64,000 nucleotides of DNA. It comes from Vulcanimicrobiota bacterium. Lineage in GTDB: Bacteria; Vulcanimicrobiota; Vulcanimicrobiia; Vulcanimicrobiales; Vulcanimicrobiaceae. The position numbers and the translations under genes are program-made. Position 1 is the first letter of the stretch. The number at the start of each line of letters is the position of its first letter. The stretch spans positions 32,001-96,000 of the forward strand of contig CAWHWQ010000004.1 in assembly GCA_963833095.1 (NCBI GenBank), written 5' to 3'. Below, one piece after another: positions 37,025-47,059 of the stretch. The notes beneath the pieces are model-generated. The model ran no database searches, had not been told where the DNA came from, and was given only the letters and a program-made list of their open reading frames with translations.

Positions 37025-37274
37025 CTATCCGCCGCCTACCGGCGGAAGCAGCGCGATCTCGTCGCCGTCGCGACCCGCTCCTCGAGCAGAGCGGCAACGC
37101 GGCCGTTGCGCGCCATGCGGGTGACCGATGCGAGCGAATCGACCCGATTGTTACGCGTACGAGCGCCTCCCAGCAATCGACCAGCGTTGCGCCGTCGGGC
37201 ACGACCATATCGAATTCACTCTCCCCAAGCAGTTCGCGCATTCGCGCGAAAGCACGCACGCGAACCGTTAGCAC
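37025..37274 (-). CDS. moaD: molybdopterin sulfur carrier; frameshifted as assembled
   Basis: VRAFA..RE..G start; C-terminal DGDEIALLPPVGGG. Confidence 0.85.
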
Positions 37275-37278
37275 CGAG

Positions 37279-37536
37279 TCAAAATCCTCCGATATCGCTG
37301 GTGTAGCCATTTTCTGCTAGCCAGGCCCGCGCCTGCGCGTGATCGGCAAGCATGTCGATACGATTGCAAATCAGTTTATGCAACATCACTTCCCAGAAGT
37401 GCTGATCCTTAGCGTACACGTCGTCAGGTATTTCATTTTCGGCGCGCGTAAACTCGCGCAGCGCTTGCCAATCGCGATCGCTCAAAATCTTGCGCAAGCG
37501 CGCTTCATATTCGGGGGTCGGTACGCCTTGCATCAT
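37279..37536 (-). CDS. hypothetical protein (85 aa)
   Basis: overlap-coupled ORF between the Cof hydrolase and moaD. Confidence 0.65.
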   Translation of the reverse strand: MMQGVPTPEYEARLRKILSDRDWQALREFTRAENEIPDDVYAKDQHFWEVMLHKLICNRIDMLADHAQARAWLAENGYTSDIGGF

Positions 37537-38351
37537 GCGCTGCGCTTCCGACCCTCGCGCGGCTCGAGCACGAAGCGTTCGATCGCGCGTGCGACGCCGT
37601 CGTCGTCGTTGCTAGCCGTCACGAACGGTGCGGCCTCGATGACTTCGGGCAGCGCATTGGCCATCGCCACTCCCACGCCCGCCCATTGCAGCATCGGCAC
37701 ATCGTTACGCGAATCGCCGATAGCCATGACTCGGGTCTTATCGACATGGAGATCGCTGCAGAGTTCGGTCAGCGCGCGTTCTTTGGTTGCCTCTTCGCTG
37801 GTGATCGCAAGCTCTTCGAAATCGCCCCAGGTTTCAAATTTAAAGTGCACCGGCAGATCGTTAAAGCGCGCGCTGATCGCATCGACCGCCGCTTTGCCGA
37901 AGAAACGAATAAAGGTCGAGTCACGCTCGGCGAGCGGGGTCAGATCCGGCACGTCGACCCAAAGCGGACCCTGCATGTCGTCCATGTAGCGCGGCGCGCC
38001 GGCGATACGATGGAATCGTTCGCCGGTGTACACAGCAGTATCGAGGCGATGTTCCTGCGCAAATTCAATCAGGGGCGTAGCGTATTCACGCGGAACGGCG
38101 AGATGGCGCCGCTCGCGGCCACTCGGGCAATCCTTGGTGAGCGCCCCATGCGCGCAAATGATCGGGTCGGTCAGGCCGAGCTCGCGCCCAAAGACAAGTG
38201 GGGCGTCGGCGCCACGGCCCGTGATGAGGACGATATGCACGCCCAGAGCCTGGGCCCGCTTGATGGCGCCCCGGTTTGCCGGAGAGATCGCTTCGGTGGA
38301 GTCGAGGAGCGTGCCGTCGAGATCGAGGGCGACGAGTTGGATGGCTGGCAC
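37533..38351 (-). CDS. Cof-type HAD hydrolase
   Basis: DLDGTLL, TGR, GDS.ND..ML..AG.GVAM.NA, DGVA. Confidence 0.93.
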   Translation of the reverse strand: MPAIQLVALDLDGTLLDSTEAISPANRGAIKRAQALGVHIVLITGRGADAPLVFGRELGLTDPIICAHGALTKDCPSGRERRHLAVPREYATPLIEFAQEHRLDTAVYTGERFHRIAGAPRYMDDMQGPLWVDVPDLTPLAERDSTFIRFFGKAAVDAISARFNDLPVHFKFETWGDFEELAITSEEATKERALTELCSDLHVDKTRVMAIGDSRNDVPMLQWAGVGVAMANALPEVIEAAPFVTASNDDDGVARAIERFVLEPREGRKRSA

Positions 38352-38475
38352 CCCCCCAGCATAGCGCGGGCCGTCAAGCGACCCCTCTCGATGGGGACCG
38401 CCGGCGCAACCGCTCAACCCGAGGAAGCGTTAGGGAAAACGTTATGCGCTGTCGATGTTCGGAGCTACTTTAACC

Positions 38476-39927
38476 ATGCCATGTACGGCCCCGGTGCCGA
38501 ACCTCACGGCTCGTGAACAAGCGCAGTTCATCCACGAAGCGATACCGCCCGGACTCTTCCGGATCGACGACGAGAGCGAACGTATCCCATGGCGCGTCAG
38601 CCCCGAACCGTTTGCGCTGACCGCGAAGCACCGTCGACGAGATCGAAGAGCTCGGCCACGACCTCCTCGCCTTCTACCGGGCGCTCAACAGTCTCTACAA
38701 TCGCAGCGCGCGCGGAACGGCGCCGGCCTTCATCGCCGAGTATCTCGATCACGGCAAGCCCGAGCAGATCGTGAAGCTGGCGCGCCAGAATCGCTTCAAG
38801 CAAGAATTCCGGGCGTGATTCGTCCCGATCTCATCATCACCGACGACGGCTTCGTCGCCACCGAACTCGATAGCGTGCCGGGCGGCATGGGGTTCGTCGG
38901 CGCGATGGCCGAGGCGTACTGCAGAGCCGGGATCGAGAGCGTCGGCGGCATCGACGGTATTCCGCGCGGCGTTCGCCGCGATGCTCGCGCATGCGAGCGG
39001 CAAAGAGAACCCGACGCGTCGCGATCGTCGTCTCCGACGAATCGGGCGACTACCGCGGCGAAATGACGCTGGCTCGCCGCGGCGGTGCGCCGCCTCGATC
39101 TCGCGAAGCGTGCGTGTGCGAGCCGCAAGACGTGATCTTCACCGAAGACAGGCGCTCTTTGTGCGCCTCGAAGACGGGCGCGAAGAAAAGACTCGACGTC
39201 GCTCTACCGCAACTTCGAACTCTTCGATCTGCTCAACGTTCCCAAGCAAGAGCTGATGCTCTACGCGGCGCGGCACAACCGCGTGCAAGATGACGCCGCC
39301 TCCCAAAGCCAACCTCGAAGAGAAGCTCTCGTTCGCGCTCTTCCATCATCCACGCGCTCGCGACGCTGTGGCGCGACGAACTCGGCAAAGACGACGTTCG
39401 ATCGTCTGCCGCGACGATGATTCCGCAGACGTGGGTGCTCGATCCGCGCCCGCTGCCGCCGCAAGGCGTCATCGCCGGGACTCGAGAGCCGGCGGCGTGC
39501 CGGTCACGGATTGGCGCGCGCTCATCGACCTCGGCAAAAGCGAACGCGACTACGTCGTCAAGCCGTCGGGATTCTCCGAACTCGCGTGGGGTTCGCGCGG
39601 CGTCAAGATCGCCAACGATCTCACCAAGGACGACTGGACCGCCGCGATCGAGAAGGCGCTCGAGTTCGTTCGATACGACGCCGTACATCTTGCAGCGCTT
39701 CCACAAGAGCAAACGCTTCGCATGCCCTACTTCGACCGCGCGAGCGAAGCGAGATCAAAACGTTCGACGGCCGCGTGCGACTGTGCCCGTACTATTTCGT
39801 GACCGGCGAAACGACCGTCCAGCTCGGCGGAATTCTCGCCACCGTCGCACCCGCCGATAAGCGGTTGATCCACGGCATGATCGACGCCGTTATGGCCCCG
39901 TCATTCGTAAAAGAGAATGGCTATTAA
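38476..39927 (+). CDS. ATP-grasp-like protein (glutathionylspermidine synthase / circularly permuted type); frameshifted as assembled
   Basis: IRPDL...DGF..TELDSVPGG.G, YR.FELFD, EEKL.FAL, YVVKPSGF..AWGSRGV, ILQRF, RVRLCPYY across frames. Confidence 0.55.
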
Positions 39928-39931
39928 CCCT

Positions 39932-40141
39932 TTGTCATCCCGAGCGTAGGCGCGTGGCGCCGTAGTCGAGGGACCGCCTAACGTCTCTGCCTCCGACATT
40001 CGGCCTCACTAAGCGCCTCGCGTTTCGCACAAAAGCTACACTGTCAGGTGCTCGCCGCTCGGCTAACCCGTTCGGCCGACCGGCGGAGGCGAGCCGTTGC
40101 GGCGATCCCTCGACTACGCTTCGCTACGCTCGGGATGACAA
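39932..40141. repeat. REP/BIME-like long inverted repeat enclosing hairpin element copy B
   Basis: ttgtcatcccgagcgtag...cgtagtcgaggga pairs with tccctcgactacg...ctacgctcgggatgacaa; lies between convergent genes. Confidence 0.88.
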
Positions 40142-40145
40142 CGCG

Positions 40146-40805
40146 CTAACGCTGGCGGGTGACTGTTAGCCCTTGGGCAGTTACATCGATTTCGTCGGGC
40201 AGATTGGTCGCGGGATCGTACCAGATGGTAAACGGTGCGTCGCCGCTGAACACGATCGCCACATCCGCCGTTGGGATACCGGCCGGCCGTTGCGGTGTTG
40301 CCGAGGTGTCGGGAACCAGCGGTGCCGACCGTCCAAGTTCGGGTACGACGACAAGGAAGGGCGCGTTATTCCACGCGCGCATCTGAGCCGGAAGCGGCAA
40401 AAGCCCGGCGAAAAGGCCGAAATCGGCGACCACAAAGTGCTTGGTGCTCGCAGGCAAATCGAACGATGCGTTCTTGCCGTGCACGTCGGTCACCGATGCC
40501 GTTGCGTTCTGGATGCGAGCTGAGTCTTTCAATGGAGAGCCGTCTTCGGTTGCGTTCATCTGATAACTAAGCGGAGCAAGATCCGCATCAAGGATCAACG
40601 TGTCGTTCGCGCTCGCCGCCGAGCCGCTGAGCGCGCCCTTGACCTGCTCATCGATCACCGTCGTCGCACCGACGTTCCGAACCGTGAGGGTCGAGGTGCC
40701 GACGTTCGCGCCGCCCATCGTTGCGGTGTACGTGTACGTTCCCGGCGGAATCGGCGGCACAGGCGCGGCCGCGACTAGTCCGGTCGCAAGCAAGAGTCCA
40801 ATCAC
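40146..40805 (-). CDS. hypothetical secreted protein
   Basis: signal-like N-terminus, beta-rich body. Confidence 0.65.
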   Translation of the reverse strand: MIGLLLATGLVAAAPVPPIPPGTYTYTATMGGANVGTSTLTVRNVGATTVIDEQVKGALSGSAASANDTLILDADLAPLSYQMNATEDGSPLKDSARIQNATASVTDVHGKNASFDLPASTKHFVVADFGLFAGLLPLPAQMRAWNNAPFLVVVPELGRSAPLVPDTSATPQRPAGIPTADVAIVFSGDAPFTIWYDPATNLPDEIDVTAQGLTVTRQR

Positions 40806-40815
40806 GGACGGTCCT

Positions 40816-41958
40816 TTAAGCGGTGAGCGATCGCGCGTGCTCCGGCACGAGTCGCAAGAGCGTATCGATCTCGTCGTGCGTGTTGTATCCGTGCGGCGAA
40901 ACGCGAATTCCGCTTGACCGCCAGGTCGTAACGACGCCTTCCGATTGGAGCGCACGTCCAAGCGCGACGGGATCGACCCCAGGGAGCGTGAACGTGACGA
41001 TGCCCGACGAGATTCCGGGCCCTCGCAGCGTCCGAAGGTTGGCGCCACACGCGCGCAGCCCCTCTGACAAATGGTCGGTCAGCTCCAGAACGTGAGCTCC
41101 GATCGCCTGGGTGCTTGCGGCCTCAATCACTGAGATCGAACGGTCGAGTGAAACAGCCCCGATAAAATTCGCGGTGCCGCCTTCGAACCGCGATGCATTC
41201 GCAGCGAACGGCTGGTCATAATTGAGAAAATCCCATACATCGCCCATCGAACGCCAGCCAGGCGAACCGGTCATCAAGCGGTCCTGTAACACGTCGCGCA
41301 CGTAGACGAAGCTTACGCCCTGCAGCGCGAGCAGCCACTTCTGACCGCCGCTAAACAGCAGATCGATGTCGAGCGCACGCACGTCAAGCGGAAATGCGCC
41401 GAGTCCTTGGATCGCGTCGACGCAGAACCATGCGCCGCGTTCGTGCGTCACTTTCGCCAACGCTTCCAGATCGTGACGATAACCGTCTTCGAAAGACACC
41501 CATGACACCGTAACGACGCGCGTGCGATCGGTCATTCTCGCTCGCAGTACGTCGGGCGTCATCCGTTCGCGCGAGGTATCGATGAAGTCGATCTCCACGC
41601 CGAGGCGTCGCAGCGCAAGCCACGGAATCGCATTGGCGGGAAATTCGTTGTCGGAAAGAATCACCCGATCGCCGGGTTGCCAGTCAAGGCCTTGCGCGAC
41701 GACGTTCGCACCGTCGCTGGTATTGCGCAGTACGCCGATCTCCGAGCCGGTCGCGCCGATGAAACGCCCGATGTGCTCCCGATAGGCGGGCATCTTCATC
41801 TCATAGCGTGCGACGCCGACGACGCCCTCGTTTGCTTGCGCGTCAAGAAACGCCGCCAGCGACTCATGCGTTTGCTGCGGCAAGATGCCCGTTGCCGCGT
41901 GGTTGAGGTAGACGTAACGCTGCGTTACGAAAAACTGCGAACGGGGAAGAGGGGTCAC
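40816..41958 (-). CDS. class V PLP aminotransferase (cysteine desulfurase-like)
   Basis: YLNHAA, NTSDG, VDAIQ..G, GG.KWL, FEGGT, IRVSPH.YN. Confidence 0.92.
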   Translation of the reverse strand: MTPLPRSQFFVTQRYVYLNHAATGILPQQTHESLAAFLDAQANEGVVGVARYEMKMPAYREHIGRFIGATGSEIGVLRNTSDGANVVAQGLDWQPGDRVILSDNEFPANAIPWLALRRLGVEIDFIDTSRERMTPDVLRARMTDRTRVVTVSWVSFEDGYRHDLEALAKVTHERGAWFCVDAIQGLGAFPLDVRALDIDLLFSGGQKWLLALQGVSFVYVRDVLQDRLMTGSPGWRSMGDVWDFLNYDQPFAANASRFEGGTANFIGAVSLDRSISVIEAASTQAIGAHVLELTDHLSEGLRACGANLRTLRGPGISSGIVTFTLPGVDPVALGRALQSEGVVTTWRSSGIRVSPHGYNTHDEIDTLLRLVPEHARSLTA

Positions 41959-42590
41959 TCGGTGCCGATCATGTCCTTCGTGTGCCAGGCGATATTGCCG
42001 GCGCGATCGCCCACGCGTTCGAGCGAGGCGAGCACGAAAAGGAAGCGCGTGCCGGAGCGCACCAGCTCGGGATCCGCCTGCATTTCTTCTTGCAGAAGCT
42101 TGATGCTGCGCTTATAGAGCTTATCGACTTCGTCATCGCGATCGATGACTTCGCTCGCAAGATGCGCATCGCGCTCCGTATAGGCGCGCATGGCGTCGAG
42201 CAGCATGCCGTGCGCGACGCTTGCAATGCGATCGATCTCGACCTTATGCGGGCGCAAGGATTGATCCGAAAGTTTGATTGCGTTCTTGGCGATGTCGACC
42301 GCGTAGTCGCCGATCCGCTCGAGATCCGTCGCGATTTCAAGCATTGCCGCAATCTCGCGCAACTCGCCGGCAACCGGCTGCTGCCGCCAGATCAATTCGA
42401 TGCAATGCGATTCGATGCGCCGCCGCAAGTCATCGACCGAATCGTCGCCCGCGACGACGCGCGCGCCGGCTGTCGCGTCGCGGCGTTCCAGCGCTTCGAC
42501 CGCGACGCGAATCGCGTCGCCGCAAAGCGCACCTAAGCGCACGACGTCTAGTCGTGTCGCCTCGAGCGCCTCGTGATAGGCGGTCCGCAC
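41955..42590 (-). CDS. phoU: phosphate signalling protein PhoU
   Basis: QQPVA.ELR, DLERIGDYA..IA, LERVGD.A.NIA. Confidence 0.96.
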   Translation of the reverse strand: MRTAYHEALEATRLDVVRLGALCGDAIRVAVEALERRDATAGARVVAGDDSVDDLRRRIESHCIELIWRQQPVAGELREIAAMLEIATDLERIGDYAVDIAKNAIKLSDQSLRPHKVEIDRIASVAHGMLLDAMRAYTERDAHLASEVIDRDDEVDKLYKRSIKLLQEEMQADPELVRSGTRFLFVLASLERVGDRAGNIAWHTKDMIGTE

Positions 42591-42694
42591 TTCTACGCAT
42601 CCTCCCTCTGGGCGTAAGTCAAGCGGAAGTAAGTCTACCGCAAGACAGAGAAAGCCCCTGCGCTCTTTATGAAATCATAAGATAGGGGATATGA

Positions 42695-43552
42695 ATGGCG
42701 GATGAAATTCGCACCGTAGGCGTCTGCGGGGCGGGACTCATGGGCAACGGCATCGCGCAGGCCTGCGCGGCCGCCGGTTTCAACGTCGTCCTGATGGAGG
42801 TGGCCGACGAGCCGCTGCGCCGCGGAGTGACGAGCATCACCAAATCGCTCGACAAATTCGTGGAAAAAGGGAAGCTACAGCAACAGGAACGCGATGCCGC
42901 CATTGCTCGGATCAAGCCGACAACCAAGGTCGCGGACCTTGCTGGGTGCGATCTCATCATCGAAGCTATCGTCGAAAACGTGGACGTCAAGACCAAGCTC
43001 TTCACCCAGCTCGACGACCTGCTCGCGCCGCATGCAATCATCTGCACGAATACCTCGAGCCTCTGCGTGATCGAGCTGGCGGCTAAAACCAAGCGCCCGA
43101 ACCGTGTGGCCGGCTTGCACTTCTTCAACCCCGTCCCGATCATGAAGCTCGTCGAAGTGGTCAAGACCATTGCCACGACCCAGGACGTGATCGATTCACT
43201 CTTCGCCTTTGCCAAGAGGCTCGGCAAGGAACCGATTCTGGCTCAAGACACGCCCGGGTTCGTGGTGAACCGGCTGCTGATCCCGTATCTGCTCTACGCG
43301 ATCCGCTGCTACGAGGGCGGCCTAGCCAGTAAAGAAGACATCGACAAAGGCATGAAGCTAGGCTGCGGGTATCCGATGGGCCCACTCGAGCTACTCGACT
43401 TCGTCGGTCTGGACACGACGTATTTCATCGCCAACATCATGTTCGACGAATTCAAGGACCCCGCGATGGCGGCGCCGCCGCTGCTCAAGCGCATGGTGCT
43501 CGCCGGCCGCTTCGGTCGCAAGAGCGGGAAGGGTTTTTACGATTATGACTGA
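42695..43552 (+). CDS. hbd: 3-hydroxybutyryl-CoA dehydrogenase
   Basis: GAGLMG.GIA, IIEAIVEN, NTSSL, GLHFFNPVP, PGFVVNR, PMGPL.L.D.VGLD. Confidence 0.95.
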   Translation: MADEIRTVGVCGAGLMGNGIAQACAAAGFNVVLMEVADEPLRRGVTSITKSLDKFVEKGKLQQQERDAAIARIKPTTKVADLAGCDLIIEAIVENVDVKTKLFTQLDDLLAPHAIICTNTSSLCVIELAAKTKRPNRVAGLHFFNPVPIMKLVEVVKTIATTQDVIDSLFAFAKRLGKEPILAQDTPGFVVNRLLIPYLLYAIRCYEGGLASKEDIDKGMKLGCGYPMGPLELLDFVGLDTTYFIANIMFDEFKDPAMAAPPLLKRMVLAGRFGRKSGKGFYDYD

Positions 43553-44339
43553 GTCGATCTTCGAGACGATCCTGGTCGACAAAGACGGCGCGCTCGGCAT
43601 CATTACGCTCAACCGCCCAAACGTGCTCAATGCGCTCAACACTAAGTTGCTCGCGGAGCTTTCGTTTGCGCTGTTGGAACTCGAGCGTAACGCAGACGTG
43701 CGCGCGATCATCGTCACCGGAGCCGGCGAGAAGGCGTTTGCAGCCGGCGCCGACATCTCCGAGCTCAACGCCCTGCCGAGCGCTATCGCAGGTTCGGATC
43801 AAGCGCGGATGGGCCAATCGATCACGCGTCAGATCGAACGCCTGCGTACGCCGGTGATCATGGCGGTCAATGGCTTCGCGCTCGGAGGCGGCTGCGAGAT
43901 CGCGATGTCGGGCGATATTCGGATTGCGAGCGAAAATGCCAAGTTCGGTCAACCCGAGGTCAATCTTGGGATCATGCCCGGCTACGGCGGATCACAACGA
44001 ACGACCCGGCTCGTTGGTAAGGGCATGGCGATGTACCTGTGTCTGATCGGCGAGATGATCGACGCCCACGAAGCACTTCGCGGGGGCTTGGTGGAAAAGG
44101 TCGTGCCGCTTGCCGAGCTTTTGAATGAAGCCAAACGCATCGGCAACGCGATCGCTGCGAAAGCGCCGCTTGCCATCGCCGCAACCAAACGCGCGATCAA
44201 CAATGGCGCACATCTGGCCATTGACGATGCGCTCGAACTCGAAGCGCTCGAATTCGGCGGCCTCATCAGCACGCAAGATTTTAAGGAAGGCACGAGCGCT
44301 TTTCTCGAAAAACGCAAGCCCGCCTGGAAAGGCATGTAG
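43545..44339 (+). CDS. crt: enoyl-CoA hydratase (crotonase)
   Basis: LNRP..LNAL, AFAAGADI, VNGFALGGGCE, FGQPEVNLG..PG.GG.QR. Confidence 0.93.
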   Translation: MTESIFETILVDKDGALGIITLNRPNVLNALNTKLLAELSFALLELERNADVRAIIVTGAGEKAFAAGADISELNALPSAIAGSDQARMGQSITRQIERLRTPVIMAVNGFALGGGCEIAMSGDIRIASENAKFGQPEVNLGIMPGYGGSQRTTRLVGKGMAMYLCLIGEMIDAHEALRGGLVEKVVPLAELLNEAKRIGNAIAAKAPLAIAATKRAINNGAHLAIDDALELEALEFGGLISTQDFKEGTSAFLEKRKPAWKGM

Positions 44340-45212
44340 ATGCGGGCCACGCTCGGTGCGCTTCTTCTCGCGCTCGCAGCGTGTCCGCTTGTTGCACGCG
44401 CGGATGACGTCGGACCATCGCGCGACATCCGTGCCATCCATCACGACCTTCCGATTCTCCTAATGCGAGATCTCCGCGCCCACAACATTTCGCCTTCGGC
44501 AGTAAGACTCGACGGCGTTGCTATCTCCGGCGATCTTGCCATGGTGCAATGGCACGCGGAGAAACGCTCCGGTATCGTCGGCATGGAGCTACGCTTCGGT
44601 CGCTGGTGGCTCGATCAGCGTGCGCCGGTCGACGCCCCCATCGATTACGCAGGGTACGGTTGCGCCGGCCTCCAGGCGCCATTTCAAGCGCTTGTGCCGG
44701 TTGCACGAGATCATCTTCCCGCAATCGATGCGATGATCGCACGACAGGCACAAGCGCCAAAAGGGGGAGCCATGGGAATCCCCGATTGTCCCACCATTAT
44801 TCATTCCTGGTTTCCGGCCCCCACGATGCTTGCTGCACCGTACGAAGCAACGATCGCCTTCGCGAAGACTGACGTCTATCCCGAAACCGGCGCTAGTCTC
44901 GAAGACCTCAACGGACGCGCCCCGACCAAAGCGGAGAGTTGGATCACGCCGGGCGGCAACAGTTACTTTTTCTTCTCGGGCACGGTGAAGGCGGAGCAGC
45001 CGGTGCACGTGCAGGCCGGCACGACGCTCGACGTATGGTTCCCGTTCGTCCTCGATCCGCCCATAAAATATAGCCTCACAATCGGCGGCGCGGGATTCAC
45101 CCCGATCGGTCCGATCGACGGGACACTTTCCGACAACACGCTGCACTTCATCCTGCCGGCCTTCACGGCGCCGCCGGGCGTCGACGTGATGGGTGAGATC
45201 GAAAGCGATTGA
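44340..45212 (+). CDS. hypothetical secreted protein
   Basis: signal peptide ending ARA; no family recognised. Confidence 0.65.
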   Translation: MRATLGALLLALAACPLVARADDVGPSRDIRAIHHDLPILLMRDLRAHNISPSAVRLDGVAISGDLAMVQWHAEKRSGIVGMELRFGRWWLDQRAPVDAPIDYAGYGCAGLQAPFQALVPVARDHLPAIDAMIARQAQAPKGGAMGIPDCPTIIHSWFPAPTMLAAPYEATIAFAKTDVYPETGASLEDLNGRAPTKAESWITPGGNSYFFFSGTVKAEQPVHVQAGTTLDVWFPFVLDPPIKYSLTIGGAGFTPIGPIDGTLSDNTLHFILPAFTAPPGVDVMGEIESD

Positions 45213-45227
45213 TCCCCTCGGTCCCTC

Positions 45228-45300
45228 GCCCTTCGAGGCTCGCGCTTACGCGCTCGCACCTCAGGGTGACACACTTCCCTAGGCGCGGGATGACAAAGGG
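45228..45300. repeat. REP-like palindromic elements
   Basis: cccttcgaggctcgcgcttacgcgctcgcacctcagggtgaca; gggatgacaaaggg is the reverse complement of 39928-39941. Confidence 0.7.
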
Positions 45301-45780
45301 TTACTGCAACGTTTTTTGCGCGTGCGCCATCGCGAGTTCGATCGCGGGATTGAAGCCCGACCAGGTTGCACGAATACGTCCTTGCGGATCGATCACCACG
45401 ATCGTCGGGAAGCCTTCGATCTGAAAAAATCCCTGCGAGCTACTGGTTGGGTCAAGCACCACGTCGCGTAGGTGCATGCGCTGCGCGTAACGCGCCGCGA
45501 CCGCAGGAGGTTCGCCAACGTCGATAGGTATCACCACGACATTGGGATGCGCGTGGACGTAATGTTCGACGAGAGGCGCCTCCAGCCGGCACGGCTCACA
45601 CCACGACGCAAAGAAGTCGAGAAAGACCACGCGCCCGTGCTCGTCGCTGATATGAAACGTCCCGCCGTCGAGCTTAGAATACGCGATGCGCGGCGCGGGA
45701 TAGGCGTTCGCAACATTCAGCGCGCGCGGCGCGAAGAAGATCTTCCACCCGATGAACGCGACCACGCACAGCGCGAGCAC
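45301..45780 (-). CDS. TlpA/ResA-family thiol-disulfide oxidoreductase
   Basis: N-terminal TM, FFASWCEPC, GFPT..ID..G.I. Confidence 0.92.
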   Translation of the reverse strand: MLALCVVAFIGWKIFFAPRALNVANAYPAPRIAYSKLDGGTFHISDEHGRVVFLDFFASWCEPCRLEAPLVEHYVHAHPNVVVIPIDVGEPPAVAARYAQRMHLRDVVLDPTSSSQGFFQIEGFPTIVVIDPQGRIRATWSGFNPAIELAMAHAQKTLQ

Positions 45781-45799
45781 GTCAAAGACGCGCCCCCAC

Positions 45800-47005
45800 T
45801 TAGTCGACGAGAAGAACCGCCGCGATGCCTTGCCCTCCGCCGATGCACGCCGACGCTATGCCGTAGCCGCCGCCGTGCGCGCGCAAATCGTTGAGCGTGG
45901 TAAGCGCAAGGCGCGCGCCTGATGCGCCGAGCGGATGCCCGAGCGAAATTGCGCCGCCGTGCGGATTGAAACGCACCCCATTGCTCCCCATTTCCTTCAT
46001 ACACGCGAGCACTTGCGGTGCAAAGGCTTCGTTGATCTCCATCACCCCAAGATCTTTTTCCGCGATGTTCGCGCGTTGCAAGGCTTTGGGAATCGCGTAG
46101 GCCGGTCCGATGCCCATGATCGAAGGGTCGACACCGACCACGCTCGAGCTCACCAGCCGTCCGAGCCAGGTCAGTCCGTCGGCCTTCGCCTGCTTCACCG
46201 TGGTCAGTACCACGGCGGCCGCACCGTCGGTCAGTCCGCTCGCGTTTCCCGGCGTCACGACGCCGTCTTTCACGAACCGCGCCGGCAACTTGCTGAGCTT
46301 CTCCATCGAGAGGCCGGCGCGCGGACCTTCGTCCTTATCAATGACATTCTGCGTGCCTTTGGGACCGCTGACCGTAACCGGCGCGATCTCATCGGCAAAG
46401 TATCCACTCGCCTGTGACTCGAGCGCGCGCGACTGACTTGCGAGCGCAAACTCATCGCAGGCTTCGCGCACGATGCCATACTTCTTGGCAAGGTTCTCGG
46501 CGGTTATCGCCATCGGCGTATTGGCATACGAATCGGTGAGCGCGCTCCACAGCGAATCCTCGAACTGCACGTTGGCACCAAAGGGAAAGCCGCGGCGCGC
46601 GCCACGGACCACGTGCGGCGACTGCGTCATGTTTTCGGTGCCGCCGGCGAGTGCGTAGGTGCTTTCGCCCAACCGCAGCGAGCGCGCGGCGGAAAGGATC
46701 GCCTCGAGCCCCGAGCCGCACAGCCGGTTCACCGTCACCGCCGCCACCCCGACGGGCACGCCGGCGCGCAACCCAACGTGGCGCGCCAGGTAGATCGCGT
46801 CGGCGCTGGACTGGATGACGTTGCCGAACACGACGTCGTCGATCCGTTCGGCGGGAATGCCGCTGCGCTCGATGGCGGCTGTCGCGGCTGCGACGCCCAG
46901 ATCGGTAGCGGTGAGGTCGGCGAGGGCTCCGCCCAGGTTGCCGAAGGGCGTGCGGGCGCCCGCAACTATAACGATATCGCTGTCGCTTGGTGCTCTACTA
47001 GCCAT
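45800..47005 (-). CDS. acetyl-CoA acyltransferase (thiolase)
   Basis: RTPFG, NRLCGSG, GNASG.TDGA, NEAFA, GHPLGASG, CIGGGQG. Confidence 0.96.
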   Translation of the reverse strand: MASRAPSDSDIVIVAGARTPFGNLGGALADLTATDLGVAAATAAIERSGIPAERIDDVVFGNVIQSSADAIYLARHVGLRAGVPVGVAAVTVNRLCGSGLEAILSAARSLRLGESTYALAGGTENMTQSPHVVRGARRGFPFGANVQFEDSLWSALTDSYANTPMAITAENLAKKYGIVREACDEFALASQSRALESQASGYFADEIAPVTVSGPKGTQNVIDKDEGPRAGLSMEKLSKLPARFVKDGVVTPGNASGLTDGAAAVVLTTVKQAKADGLTWLGRLVSSSVVGVDPSIMGIGPAYAIPKALQRANIAEKDLGVMEINEAFAPQVLACMKEMGSNGVRFNPHGGAISLGHPLGASGARLALTTLNDLRAHGGGYGIASACIGGGQGIAAVLLVD

Positions 47006-47059
47006 GGGCCGGGGGTATTCCCAGGAAGTTCCAGGGAGCACCCCTAACCTTCGCGGGTC

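Noticed and set aside
40004..40075. Hammerhead or HDV-like ribozyme in the dispersed element (GA-stem-GAAAC on minus; CCTCGC and GGCTAA on plus)
   Set aside because: The CUGANGA core is absent before the stem, copy A has GAGAC, and I could not build the HDV nested pseudoknot
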